In this document: one piece after another, positions 11,115 to 23,900 of the stretch | Layout of the letters: each line of letters opens with the position of its first letter | Numbering within the stretch: the first letter of the stretch is position 1 | Notes under the pieces: model-generated | What the model was told of the DNA's origin: nothing | Databases searched by the model: none | What the model saw: the letters and a program-made list of their open reading frames with translations, nothing else | Program-made: the position numbers and the translations under genes | Source of the DNA: Chiloscyllium plagiosum | Lineage: Eukaryota | Direction: 5' to 3' | DNA length: 64,000 bases | NCBI RefSeq assembly: GCF_004010195.1 | Contig: NC_057720.1 | Span: forward strand, 25,294,111-25,358,110

Positions 11115-14100
11115 AACACAAATTCCCAGCTTGGCGAACAGAACCACAACATAGAGGAAGGATATTGTGAAGCTTGAAAGGGTTCAGAAAAAATTTACAA
11201 GGATGTTGCCAGGGTTAGAGTGTTTGAGCTATTGGGAGGCTATAGCTGGATATGCTGGGGTGGTTTTCCCTAGAGTGTCAGAGGCTGAGGGGTGATCTTA
11301 TAGCGGTTTATAAAATCATTGGGACATGGATAGGATAAATAGACAAGGTACGTTCCCCAGGATGGAGGAGGCATTGTTTTAAGATGAGGAGTTGTGTTAA
11401 TGCAGATTATTCTGAAGTTGGGGGTCACAGCAGCAAATACTGTGGGAGGAAGCTTGGGTAATACGGTACATTATTACTGTCCTGTATAGGCACTTGTATA
11501 AAAATACTGCTGAGAGTTAATGCTTAATACTCTTACACTCAGCAGCTTTTCTCTCAAAGGACCAAATATTATCAACTCCTGACACATTTGGTAACTCACA
11601 GAGTGATGTGTCTTGTGAGCTGTCATTGAATTAGACATTTCTTATACTTAGCTGCCAGTTGTGTGGATTTAGTTCTGTGTATCTGTGAACCTAACAGCTC
11701 CCTGTTGATACTTGCTTTTTTATGAATTTCACTGATTATTTTTCACCGAACGTCATCTTGTTTTTATCTGTAGATTCCCTTTCTCACAGCACTGTGGGTT
11801 AAATTAAATTTATGTTATGATCTGTAATCCCAGTAGCAATGTCATGATCTGAGCAAATAGATTCACAGGACAATAATATTGAGGTTGGGTTCACCTGAAA
11901 GGGTTTCAAAAATAAACCAGAAACATTGACTTAAAATAGCTTCAGGTATCACCTGATCATGCTAGTGGTGAAGTTTCACAAAATAGATGTAGATTAGAAA
12001 AGACCCATCTGAGAACCACCTGAACGAGCAGTGCTCAGAAAGCTGGTGTTTCTAATTAAACCTGTTGGACTATAACCTAGTGCTGTGTGATTTTTAACCA
12101 TCTGAGGTAAAATTAACATTTTATACAAAGGCAATTAAAATTGTGAACACACCCCTGGGTATGAGAACATGCCCACCTCCTATACACCATCATAAAAATC
12201 ACCACTCAGAATTGTGAAGACCGAGAAACACAACTACACCAACAGACAGAATATACAACTTTTATTTCAATAGAGCAAGGCAGATGCTTCTTTTCACTGC
12301 AAAAAGTGAAATGTCTGCAAAAGTCTTCCTGTCTCCAAAAGAAAAAAGCACCTGGGGACAATATTGATTGGAAATAAACATCAGACCAGTAAAGCCTGAA
12401 GGAGTAACAACAAGATTCATTACTGTCGATAGTGCAAGACAATACCCAACTGTGGTCTCAGGCTAACACCTCAAGGACATCCTAAGGTCTGTAATTTACA
12501 TATCTCCTTACGTTATACTGAATATAATCGCCTTTTCAACTTTGCACCCTGTCTATGTGAGAGTTAACATGATTTTGCAGAGGTTGTATGCTTATTTTTC
12601 AAGAGGTTAGCAGGATAATAAAATTGCTCATTTTTTCACTCAAGAAGATCTTGTCATTGGCTCAATATTGTATTTGGTTGGAACTGTTAAGTAAATTTTA
12701 ACTGGGGAAAGATATAACCATGTGCTTAAAAAAAACTTCAGTTTTTGTTGTGGTCAACCACGGAAGTTGTGAAGAGCTGATTCACCCCTCCTTATCTCAT
12801 CATAACCCCGCCCCGGTATCCTCTGGTTCTCTTCCCAGCTGATTCATTACGGGGGGGGGGGGGGGAATCCGGCTTATCAGAATGTTAATGTTCAATTTAT
12901 TCAGTTTGCTCCTTACAAAGAATGGAACGTTGTTGTCGGAATGCCTTTGTGTGTTTGAATCCCTGTCACCATTCAGTACACCCTCAAGCAATAAATAATC
13001 GCAAAGTAAGTTCCACGCAAATAACCTCCACAACATGATGTAGCCCTAATGTAAAAGGAGTAACTAATACTATATCAGGGAGGACTTCAATTTTTCATAG
13101 CATCCTGTTTGTTTGGGTAAAACTGATGATTGCTAGAAAGTGGCAAACAGCATGGGAGTAGGCTTGAGTTACATTTTGCTTCCTGAGTTGTATTGGAATG
13201 ATGACCCACTATACAGAAAATGTATACAGTCATCATTGTACCCTTTTACTGTGAATTTAATGCTCTCCCTCAGTGTTGGTTGAACCATTCTTATGTATTA
13301 GACCATACACTGCTATCATAGCAAGGACATCAACTTAAATTCTATAAAATATTCCAACAAACACCAAAAAAGATGCCAAATCAAAGAATTTGATATAATC
13401 AAAGATAATCAGATCTTCCCACTGTTTAGTCTTAAAGTCAATTTATACAGTGTTTACATTTTTTAAATAATGTGACAATCCTCTAAGTCATTGGATAATG
13501 ATAGCTTTCAGGAGCAGATTTTCTCAACTCAAAGGAAATCACCCTAGTTTTAACTTGATACGTACATAGGACAGCAGAAATGGTGCAAAACAAAGAGAAA
13601 ATACTTTAAATTATTCCATTCAGTAAACAGAAATATTCCCTCAGACGAATGACTACAAATTTGGACGAGCCTGTCATTGTGTTTATTTTATAATGAGGCT
13701 CATAGAACTGGTGACAGTTAAGCCAGCTGGATTGAAAAGTGACTTGGCAACAAGAAGGCATAGGCGGTGATAAACAAAAATAAAAATCACTGCCTCAATG
13801 TCAGTGAGCAACAGCATGGCACACAGATCTGTGTCAGCTCCCTACTGTTTACAGGATTCATAAATAACCTGCAGCAATATACTTACGTCAACTGTGATGA
13901 TGATTTCAAGCTAAGTGGATAGGTAATAAACCTAAGATAGATAAACAACATTCAGAGGCCCAAACCAATTAAGCATACTAGGTCCAAGATGTGTAGATGG
14001 ATTTCAGTGCAGTGAAACATTATTGTTAAAGAAACTGCGCAGATAGATAATGAAGAATTGCTATTTGCAGAATAAACCCGGACCAAAGACAGCAAGACTA

Positions 14101-15077
14101 AACTGTCTTTGGGCCACTCAAAAGAAACAGTTCTTGTCTTGCGATAAAAATTGGATAGGAAATGTTTCTGGGTGTGTTTACCAATCATTTTGTTTTCACT
14201 ATGAAGTTGTTGAAAGTTGTTTTTAAGTTGAGATTGTCATGAATAAGACCAGCATTTATTGCTTATCCCTAATTGCACTTGGGACAAAACTAATCAAATC
14301 CTGAATCCTGCCTGGTGACAATTAGAATTTATTTTAAACTTGTAGCAACCAGTCTCGTTGATGAGATCTTGTTTTGGTCAGACTTTCCAAAGCGTTGTTG
14401 TTATTTTAGAAGTGTCAGAGTACAGCAACATGGACTGATTCTGAGATTGAGGGTTCTAAATTACGAAGAAAGATATCTCAAACTTACAGGAGGAAAGGGA
14501 GATGGGGAACAGGAATGATTTACATCTTTAAAATGTTGAGACATGTCAGTCATGCAGAGAAAGCAAGTTGTTGGAAAGAAACTGGAACATGCACAGCTTT
14601 AAAGATTAAGTAAACCCTGTGTAAGTGCAGGTATCAGTCGGAATGTCTTGATGATTATTCAGTAGTGGCAATATGAAACAGACTACCAACAACAAGAATT
14701 AAGGTTGAAAATATACATTCCTCTAAAACAGAATTGGGAAGCAGCCGGTTGGGAATGTTGGTGTAATGATTAACTTGTCAGGTATAGATTTCTTGTGCTG
14801 TTGGGATGGGCATGGACAACAAAGGTGTTTCAACAATGATGAAAAATGTACCTTTGCGTCCAAGTAGACAGGGTGGTAAAGAAGGTGTTTGGAGCACTTG
14901 CCTTCGTTGCTCAGACTATTGCGTATAGGAGTTGGGATGTCATGTGTAGTTGCACAGGACGTTGGTGAGGCCACTTTTGGAGTACTGATTATAATTGTGG
15001 TCACCCTTCTATAAAAAGGAAATTATTAAATAGGAGAGGGTGTGGAGAAGATTTACAAGGATGTTCTCAGGACTGGA

Positions 15078-17069
15078 TTTGGAGATGCCGGTGTTGGACT
15101 GGGGTGTACAAAGTTTAAAAATCACAAAACAACAGGTTATAGTCCAACAGTTTTAATTGTAAGCTCTAGCTTTCGGAGCGCCGCTCCTTTATCAGGTGGT
15201 TGTGGAGGACACAATTGTAAGACACAGAATTTATTGCAAAAGTTTACAGTGTGATGGAGCTGAAATTATACATTGAAAAATACCTTGATTGTTCGTTGAG
15301 TCTTTCATCTGTTCGAATACCATGATAGTTTCACTTCTTTCAAATGTAAATCACAAAACGTTTTTTTAAAGTTACATTCTCAGGTTAATTTTAACAATTG
15401 GTGTTAGCCAGATAATATGCTGAAGGTGTTAGCCCCCTGTGTTCTCTGTCTGTGCCGTAATGTTTAGACTGATTCTCATCTAAAAAGTGAGTTAACAGAG
15501 TCTTACATGGATTCATGCAGTTTTTGAGCAAAGTACAATGTAACTCTGCAAGTACAAATTCACTCCACAAACGTATATGTGTGCATGTGGGTTTGTGTGT
15601 GTGTGTCTGTATGTTTTTCTGTCTGGGTTGGGGGGTTGTGAGTGTGAGAAAGAGTGTATATGTGTGTGTATGTGAGTGTAGAATGTCTTAAGTCTGTGAG
15701 GGGGTGCATGTGAGAGTGTGGGAGCGTGTGCGTCTGTAGGGGTGCGTGTGTGTGTCTGGGTTGGGGTTGTGAGTGTCTGTGAGAGAGAGTGTATATGTGT
15801 GTGAGAGTGTGGAGTGGTCTAAGTCTGTGAGAGGATATGTGTGTGTGTGTGTGTGTGTATAGTGCAGGAGTATCTGTGTGTGTATAGTGCAATCGTGGTC
15901 ACCTGTAGTGTGAGATGAACCCAACGTCCCGGTTGAGGCCCTCCCTATGGGTACCGAACTTAGCTATCAGCCTCTGCTCGGCCACTTTTCGCTGCTGCCT
16001 GTCCCAAAGTCCGCCTTGGAGGATGGTCACCCGAAGGTCCGAGGTCGAATGTGCTGGATCACTGAAGTGTTCCCCAACTGGGAGGGAACACTCCTGTCTG
16101 TTGATTGTTGTGCGGTGCCCATTCATCCGTTGCCATAACCTTTGCTCGGTTTCCCCAATGTACCATGCCTTCGGGCATCCTTTCCTGCAATGTATAAGAA
16201 AGACAATGTTGGCTGAGTCACATGAGTCCTTGCCACGTACAAGGTGGGAGGTGTCCCCACGTGTAATGGTGCTATCCATGTCCACAATCTGACACGTTTT
16301 GCAGCGTCCACCGTGACAGGGTTGTATGGAGTTATCCTGAGAGCCGGGCAGTTTGCTACGAACAATGATCTGTATGAGGTTTAGCAGTTGTTTAAAGGCG
16401 AGCAGTGGAGGTGTGGGGAAGGTCTTGGTGAGATGCTTATCGTCATTGATAATGTGTTGCAGGCTGCGAAGAACATGGCGTAGGTTTTCAGCTCCTGGGA
16501 AATACTGAACAACAAAGGGTACCCTGTCAGTTGCAGCACGTGTCTGTCTCCAGAGGAGGTCATTACGGTTCCTTGCTGTGGCACGTCGGAACTGGCGGTC
16601 GATGAGTTGAGCATCGTACCCCGTTCTTATGAGGGCATCCCTGAGTACTTCCAGGTGTCCGTCACGTTCCTCCACATCTGAGCAGATCTGGTGTACGCGT
16701 AGGTTAGATTAGAATCATTCTAAACATTACGGCACAGACAGAGAACACAGGGGGGCTAACACCTTCAGCATATTATCTAGCACCAATTGTTACAATTAAC
16801 CTGAGAATGTAACTTTAAAAAAAAGTTTTGTGATTTACATTGCAAAGAAGTGAAACTATCATGATATTCGAACAGATGAAAGACTCAACAAACAATCAAG
16901 GTATTTTTCAATGTATAATTTCAGCTACATCACACTGTAAACTTTTGCAATAAATTCTGTGTCTTACAATTGTGTCCTCCACAACCACCTGATAAAGGAG
17001 CGGCGCTCCGAAAGCTAGAGCTTCCAATTAAAGCTGTTGGACTATAACCTGGTGTTGTGTGATTTTTAA
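15078..17069 (-). mobile_element. Penelope-like element (family B), 5'-truncated, with ~360-bp inverted terminal repeats and a 12-bp TSD
   Basis: ORF 15899-16675 encodes CxxxxCxxC and a GIY-YIG nuclease (VFLIHC...YIGET...RMNGH...EHF...EQRLI...GLN); arms ~15115-15477 and ~16711-17069; TSD ctcaggactgga at 15066 and 17070. Confidence 0.92.
15899..16675 (-). pseudogene. Penelope-like ORF C-terminus (RT thumb/linker plus GIY-YIG endonuclease), 258 aa open
   Basis: Motifs as above; RT core absent. Confidence 0.88.
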
Positions 17070-17560
17070 CTCAGGACTGGAGGGTTTGAATTATATGAAG
17101 AGGCTGGGATTTTGACTTGAGCGAAACGAAGTTGAGGGTGACCTTTATGGAGATTTATAAAACCATGAGGAGCATGGATAATGTGAGGAGCATGGATAAT
17201 GTGAGTAGCATAGGTCTCTTCTCTAGGGTAGGGGAGTTCAAAACTAGAAGGCAGAATTTTAGGGGGAGAGGAGAAAGATTTAAAAGGGACCTGAGGGGCA
17301 ACCTGTTCACGCAGGGTATTTGTATATGTGGAATGGACTGCCAGAGGAAGTGATAAATACAGATACAGTTACAACATTTAAGACATTTGGACAGGTACAT
17401 AAATAAGGAAGATTTAGAGGGATATTGGCCAAATGCAGACAAGTGAGATTAGTTTTGTTTGGGAAACTTGGTCAGCATGGATGAGTTGGACAGAATGAAC
17501 TTTTCTGTGCTGCTTGATTCTATGAGATGAGGAGGCCAACTGACTAGTTCAGACTTTGGT

Positions 17561-17566
17561 TTTATT
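17561..17566 (-). terminator. Candidate hyi polyadenylation signal AATAAA
   Basis: First AATAAA I found on the minus strand after the stop codon, about 257 nt downstream. Confidence 0.5.
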
Positions 17567-17822
17567 TTCTTTAGCGATCGATCAATCTTTCTGAGGAAAC
17601 CTTGCTGAGGAGGCTGAGTGACTGAGCTGGATTGTACATGATTTGAGTTTGACATGTTTAGTTCCACACTTCCAAGCTCTGAAAATTGCTTCATGAATAG
17701 TTACTCAAAGGATCATCCTGTTATCAGTCAGACACTTAGTGTGAATTACAATCTGATTTCATAGAAATTAAACTGTTGTTACTCAAGGGGAAGATTTGGC
17801 AGAATACACTTCCTCTCCAGTG

Positions 17823-17908
17823 TTAACATTCAGTTGGAAGAGGCAGCTTGTTGGTGTCCTGGCTGGTCCAATAGCTCTTCAACCATCCAAGACCATTGAA
17901 TGTGCTGC
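17823..17908 (-). CDS. hyi: hyi last coding exon ([27 protein letters not shown])
   Basis: Acceptor ttctctttttgtaattaaacag; GLGWLKSYW matches the HYI C-terminus; TAA at 17825-17823. Confidence 0.9.
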
Positions 17909-20900
17909 CTGTTTAATTACAAAAAGAGAAACCAATTAAACTCAGACTTTAAGAAATGATTGTTGTCATTCGAGCTCATGCTGTTTTACCTCTGGAGCTG
18001 CCTGCATGATTTTATTGTTATGGGAGTATTCATCTTATACTTTAAAAGATGCACAAAAGTAAATGTTTGTGGGCGGCACGGTGGCACAGTGGTTAGCACT
18101 GCTGCCTCACAGCGCCAGAGACCCGGGTTCAATTCCCGCCTCAGGCGACTGACTGTGTGGAGTTTGCACATTCTCCCCGTGTCTGCGTGGGTTTCCTCCG
18201 GGTGCTCCGGTTTCCTCCCACAGTCCAAAGATGTGCAGGTCAGGTGAATTGGCCATACTAAATTGCCCGTAGTGTTAGGTAAGGGGTAAATGTAGGGGTA
18301 TGGGTGGGTTTCACTTCGGCGGGTCGGTATGGACTTGTTGGGCCGAAGGGCCTGTTTCCACACTGTAATGTAATCTAATCTAATCTAAATAACTCAAGAA
18401 ATGAGCTTTCCTTTTAATAGATTGTTAAGTTGTTCCAGAACAAGCTTTTTTTTTCCCTTTCTGCTAACATACACACTGCAACAGATTTTTTAGTATCTTG
18501 CAAATTCTTCAAACAGTTGATAAACATGGATTTATTATAAAAAGACAGATTCAACACTGTAATGAGGTCAGAAGCTCAGTGGTCCCAGAGGAACCCCAAA
18601 AACAGCATCAGTGAGAAGGTTATTACTTTGCAAGTGCCACTTGATAACACTTCAATCACTTCACTGATGGTCAAGAGTAACTGGGCTAATTTGGACATCT
18701 GAGACAGGCCTGGCTGATTTTCCACATGGTCAGGTAGATGCTAATTTTGTAGTTGTACTGGATCAGCCTGGCTGGGGATTCCAGATCACTGATATTGCTG
18801 GAATGTGGGCTTTGCAGTATCTAGTGCTTTGAGCCATTTCTTGATTCATGTGGCATGAATGGACGCTGTGAATATAAGACGTTCACAAGGGTATCAAGGA
18901 GGAATTCTGAAAAAGAAATGGTCAAAAGGTGGAATTTGTTTCCAAAGGCAGTAGCTGAATAGAATAGAACATCAGGACAGAAGGAAGAAGCTGTGATTGT
19001 TAATCCATTCAGCACATCTGGCTGGAGGTGAATGCAAATGCTTCAGCCTTGCGTTTTTCACTTAAGGTGCTGGTTTTCTCATCATTCGGGATGGGGAGAT
19101 GTGTGGACTCATCATTCCTGTTGAGTCTGCCTAATATATATGATTAAATATGACAGGACTGCAGAGCTTAGATCTTGTTTAGTGATTGTGGGATTGCTTA
19201 GACCTCTCCATCACAAGCTGCTTCCACACACATATAGTCATGTTTTATAACGTAACCAGGGTGACATGTCATTGTTAGATATGCCTGGTGCTGCTCCCAG
19301 CATGCCCCCCTACACTCTCCATTGATCTCTGGGTTTGATGAAATGGTAGAGTGGGGGATATGCTGGACCATGAGGTTGCAGATTGTCATCAAATACAATT
19401 CTGTTGCTGATAATGACCCACACCACCTCCAAGGTGCCCAGTCTGTGTTGTTACATCTGTCCCATCTAGCATATTTGTCATGCCACACAACCCAATGCAA
19501 GGTATTTCTAAGGTGAAAGCAGAACATTGTCACCACATTTTGAACAGAGCAGCGAGGAGAGAGGGCGGAGAGAAGCCAGGGCTGCCAGGTAAGTCAGTTT
19601 TCTCCCAATTAAAAAGGGACTTTCCTTGAGAGTCGGGCGTTCATTTTGAACAGAGTGGCGAGAAGAGAGGGTGGAGAGAAACGAGGGCTGCTGGGAAATT
19701 TTTCAGTGGGTGAGATCTAAAGTGAGATTGGTTAAAATGAGTCAGTTTTAATGTAAGGAGTGTCAGAAATAAGAGCGATGAACTTAGAGCATGGATCAGT
19801 ACTTGGGACTATCATGTCGTGGCCATAACGGAGACATGGGTTTCACAGGGGCAGGAATGGTTGCAAGATGTTCCAGGGTTTAGAACGTTTAAAAAGAACA
19901 GGGAGGGTGGAAAAAGAGGAGGGGATGTAGCATTGTTAATCAGAGAGTGCATCACAGCTACAGAAACAAAGGTTTTGAGGAAGGTTTGTCCACTGAGTCA
20001 GTTTGGGTGGAAGTTAGGAACAGCAAGGGAGCAGCCACCTCATTGGGGGTTTCTCCAGACCCCCTAATCGCAGTAGGGAGATTGAAGAACTCATAGACCG
20101 GCAGATTTTGGAAAAATGCAGATCTAGCAGGGTTGTTGTTATGGGTGACTTCAACTTTCCCAATATCGACTGGAACCTCCTTAGTGAAGATGGTTTGGAT
20201 GGAGCTGTTTTTGTCAGGTGTGTTCAGGAGGGTTTCCTTACTCAGTATGTAGACAAACCGACAAGGGGAGAGACCATTTTGGATTTGGTGCTCAGCAACG
20301 AGCCAGGACAGGTGTCAGATCTCGCAGTGGGAGAGCACTTCGGTGAAAGTGATCACAACTGTCTCACATTTACCATAGTCACGGAGAGAGAAAGGAGCAG
20401 TTACCAAGGGAAGATATTTAACTGGGGAAAAGGAAACTATGACGCTTTCAGACAGGAGTTGGGAAGTACAGATTGGGAGCAATTGTGGAGACTGCTTAAG
20501 GAGCAGTTAGTGCGAGTGATGCACAAATTTGCTCCTCTGAGCCTGATAAGAAGGGGTAAAATTAAGGAGCCTTGGATGACGAGAACAGAGAAGCTTCTCA
20601 TCAAAAGGAAGAAGGAAGCTTACATAAGGTGGAGGAAGCAAGGATCTAGCACAGCTTTAGAGGATTCCTGGCTTGCTAGAAAGGGGCTCAGAAATGGACT
20701 GAGGAGAGCCCGGAGAGGACACAAGTAAAAGGCTTGGTAAGAAGGATTAGGAAGCACCCAAAGTCATTTTACTCATACGTGAGGAATAAGAGAACGATCA
20801 GGGAGAAGATAGGGTCAATCAGGGATAGCGTAGGGAACTTGTGCGTGGAGTCTGAGCAGATAGGGGATGCCCTAAATGAGTTTTTGCTTCAGTTTTCACT

Positions 20901-23900
20901 AAGGAAAGGAACTTGTTGTGAACGAGAACTTTGAGGAGCTGGGATATAGGCTTGAACAGATCAAGATTGGTGAAGTTGATGTACTGTAAGTCTTGGCAAA
21001 CATTAAGATTGATAAGTCCCCAGGGCTAGACCAGATTTATCCCAGACTGCTACAGGAAGCGAAAAATGAGGTTGCTAAGCAGCTGGAGAAGATCTTTGCT
21101 TCCTCACTCTCCATGAGAGTCGTACCAGAGGATTGGAAGGAGGCGAATGTTGTTCCTCTTTTCAAGAAGGGGAATGGAGAAATCCCTGACAATTACAGAC
21201 CAGTCAGTCTTACGTCTGTGGTCAGCAAGTTTTGGAAAGAATTCTGAGGGATAGGATTTACGACTATTTGGAAAAGCATAGCGTGATTAAAATCAGTCAG
21301 CATGGCTTTGTGAGCGGCAGGTCATGTCTAACTAATCTTATTGAGTTCTTTGAGGAGGTGACAAGACAGGTCGACCAAGGTTGAGCAGTGGATGTGGTGT
21401 ATACGGACTTCAGCAAAGCATTTGATAAGGTTCCCCATGGTACGCTCATTCATAAAGTCAGGAGATATGGGATACAGGGAGATTTGGCTATCTGGATTCA
21501 GAATTGGCTGGCTGACAGAAGGCAGAGAATGGTTGTAGATGGAAAGTATTCTGTCTGGAGGTCAGTATTGAGTGGGGTCCCGCAGGGATCTGTTCTTGGA
21601 CCTCTGCTCTTTGTAGTTTTTATAAATGACTTGGATGAGGAGGTTGAGGGGTGGGTTAATAAATTTGTAGATGACACAAAGGTCGGAGGTGCCCTTGATA
21701 GTATCGAGGGCTATTGCAGGCTCCAGCGTGACATAGACAGGATGCAGAGCTGGGCTGAAAAATGGCAGATGGAGTTCGACCTGGGTAAATGCAAAGTGAT
21801 GCATTTTGGAAGGTCGAACTTGAATGCTGAATATAGGATTAAAGACAGGGTTCTTGGCAGTGTTGAGGAACAGAGGGATCTGGGTGTTCAAGTATTTAGA
21901 TCTCTCAAAGTTGCCATCTAAGTAGATAGGTTTGTTAAGAAAGCATATGGCGTTCTGGCTTTCATTAACAGCAGATTGAATTTAAGAACAGCAAGGTTTT
22001 GCTACAGCTCTACAAGTCCCTGGTGAGACCACACTTGGAATATTGCATCCAGTTCTGGTCGCCCTACTAAAAGAAAGATACAGAGGCTTTGGAGAGGGTG
22101 CAAAGAAGGTTTACCAGGATGCTGCATGGACTGGAGGGCTTGCCTTATGAAGAGAGGTTGACTAAGTTCGGACTTTTCTCTCTCTCTCGAGAGAGAAGGA
22201 GGGAGAGAGATGACTTAATCGAGGTATACAAGGTAATGAGAGCATGGATAGAGTCAATAGCCAGAGACCTTTCCCCAGGGCAGGACTGACTGGCACAAGG
22301 GGTCATAATTTTAAGATATTAGGAGGAAGGCATAGAGGAGATGTAGAGGCAGGTTCTTTACGCAGAGAGTTGTGAATGCATGGAATGCGTTGCCAGCGGT
22401 GGTGGTGGAAGCAGTCATTAGGGACATTTAAGCAACTGCTGGACATGCACATGGACAGCAGTGAATTGAGGGGTGCGTAGGTTAGGTTATTTTACTTTAG
22501 ATTAGGAATAATCCTCTGCACAACATTGTGGGCTGAAGGGCCTGTTCCGTGATGTACTTTTCTATGCTCTATGCTCTCCAAGAACTTTGAGCAGTCACTC
22601 AAAGTTCATAGACGAAAGCATCTTTTAACAGGTGGATTGGTGAAAATGAGGTCAAATATATTTCCCTCTAGTTGGTTCCCGCACCATTTCCCTCAGACCC
22701 AGTTAAGTAGCAATGTCCTTTAGTATTTGGAGAACTCAGTTGGTAATGGGCTACCAAGCCTCTCTTTGTGACGGAATTGAAGTCCCCCAAAGAGGGCACA
22801 TTCTGTGCCCTGTCCATCTTGACTGTTTCATTAGCTGAGGTAGGGGCAATATGTGGTGGTCAGTAACAGGCTTCCTTGCCAATGTTTGACATGATGCCAT
22901 GAGACTTTATGAGGTCCAGGGTCAAGGTTGAGGACTCCCAGGGTGACCATTAACCAATGCCACCACCTGGATCTGCTGGGTCTGGGGCATGTCAGGCCCT
23001 TGCTTGACTACTCTATGGGACAGCTTTTCCAATCTTGGCACCAGGTGCCAAATCTTGGTAAGGGCTTCCCCAGAATGCAGTGGACACCAGATCAATGGAC
23101 TTACTCAAGTCTGAGTTAGAATTTTGGTGGACAATGTGATAAGGGTCACATTGAGAATACAGGAAAGTGAAACCGAGATCAGATGTAATCTTACTGAATA
23201 GTAGAACAGGCTTTGAGGGGCTGAATGGCCTACACTTTCTCTGAATCCTACAGTTTCAGGAATTGAAGTGTTCAGCAGTGTCCCCTCCGATATAATGTTC
23301 AATATATAAAAATTACTTGGACATCACTGCTCAGGGCACAAGTTTGCAAATGACATGAAACTCAGAAATGTAGTGAGCAATGAGGAGGACAGAAACAGAC
23401 TTCAGGAAGACTTAGATAGACCAGTGAAATGGAAAGATACATAGTGCTTAAGGTCTGATATAGGTAAGTGTGACGTATAAATGAGGAGAACCAACATAAA
23501 CTAAACCATAAAGTATTAGGGCTTTAGAAACAGGCTGAACTGGTGAGGTGAGGTAGTTCACTTCAGAAGAAGTAACAGGAATGCAGAGTACTGGGCTAAT
23601 GGTAAAATTCTCGGCAGTGTAGATGAACAGAGAAATCTTGGTGTTCTGGTACATAAATCCTGGAAGTTGCCACCCAGGTTGATAGGGTTGTTAAAAAGGC
23701 ATATGGTGTGTTGGCGTTTATTGGTAGGGGGAATTGAGTTTCAGAGCCATGAGGAGAAAGTGAGGACTGCAGATGCTGGAGATCAGAGCTGAAAATGTGT
23801 TGCTGGAAAAGCGCAGCAGGTCAGGCAGTATCCAAGGAACAAGAGAATCATGAGGTCATGCTTCAGCTGTCCACGACACTGGTAAGGCCTCAGGTGGAGT

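Larger units (their letters stand above)
10872..11151. mobile_element. Fold-back insertion (family C) with two inverted hammerhead motifs and a 12-bp TSD
   Basis: Arms 10909-11022 and 11038-11151; TSD tagaggaaggat at 10860-10871 and 11152-11163. Confidence 0.85.
10305..11390. mobile_element. CR1 fragments (minus tail ~10305-10452; plus RT-3' ~10457-11390) interrupted by the family-C fold-back
   Basis: tttgcagatgacaccaaa (FADDTK); the CR1 sequence resumes after 11152. Confidence 0.85.
14848..17525 (+). mobile_element. CR1 3' fragment split by the Penelope-like insertion
   Basis: CR1 sequence runs to 15077 and resumes at 17070. Confidence 0.8.

Noticed and set aside
12800..13036. Alternative hyi last exon (GDRDSNTQR...)
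   Set aside because: No similarity to the HYI C-terminus; 17908-17823 fits well.
15575..15890. His/Thr-rich ORFs in GT-rich sequence
   Set aside because: Low-complexity (GT)n part of the Penelope-like 3' region, also seen at ~29080-29215.
17167..17210. 18-bp tandem duplication gaggagcatggataatgt
   Set aside because: Ordinary slippage inside a dead CR1.
18071..18145. tRNA gene
   Set aside because: It is the tRNA-derived head of a SINE and continues into the V-domain and LINE-like tail.
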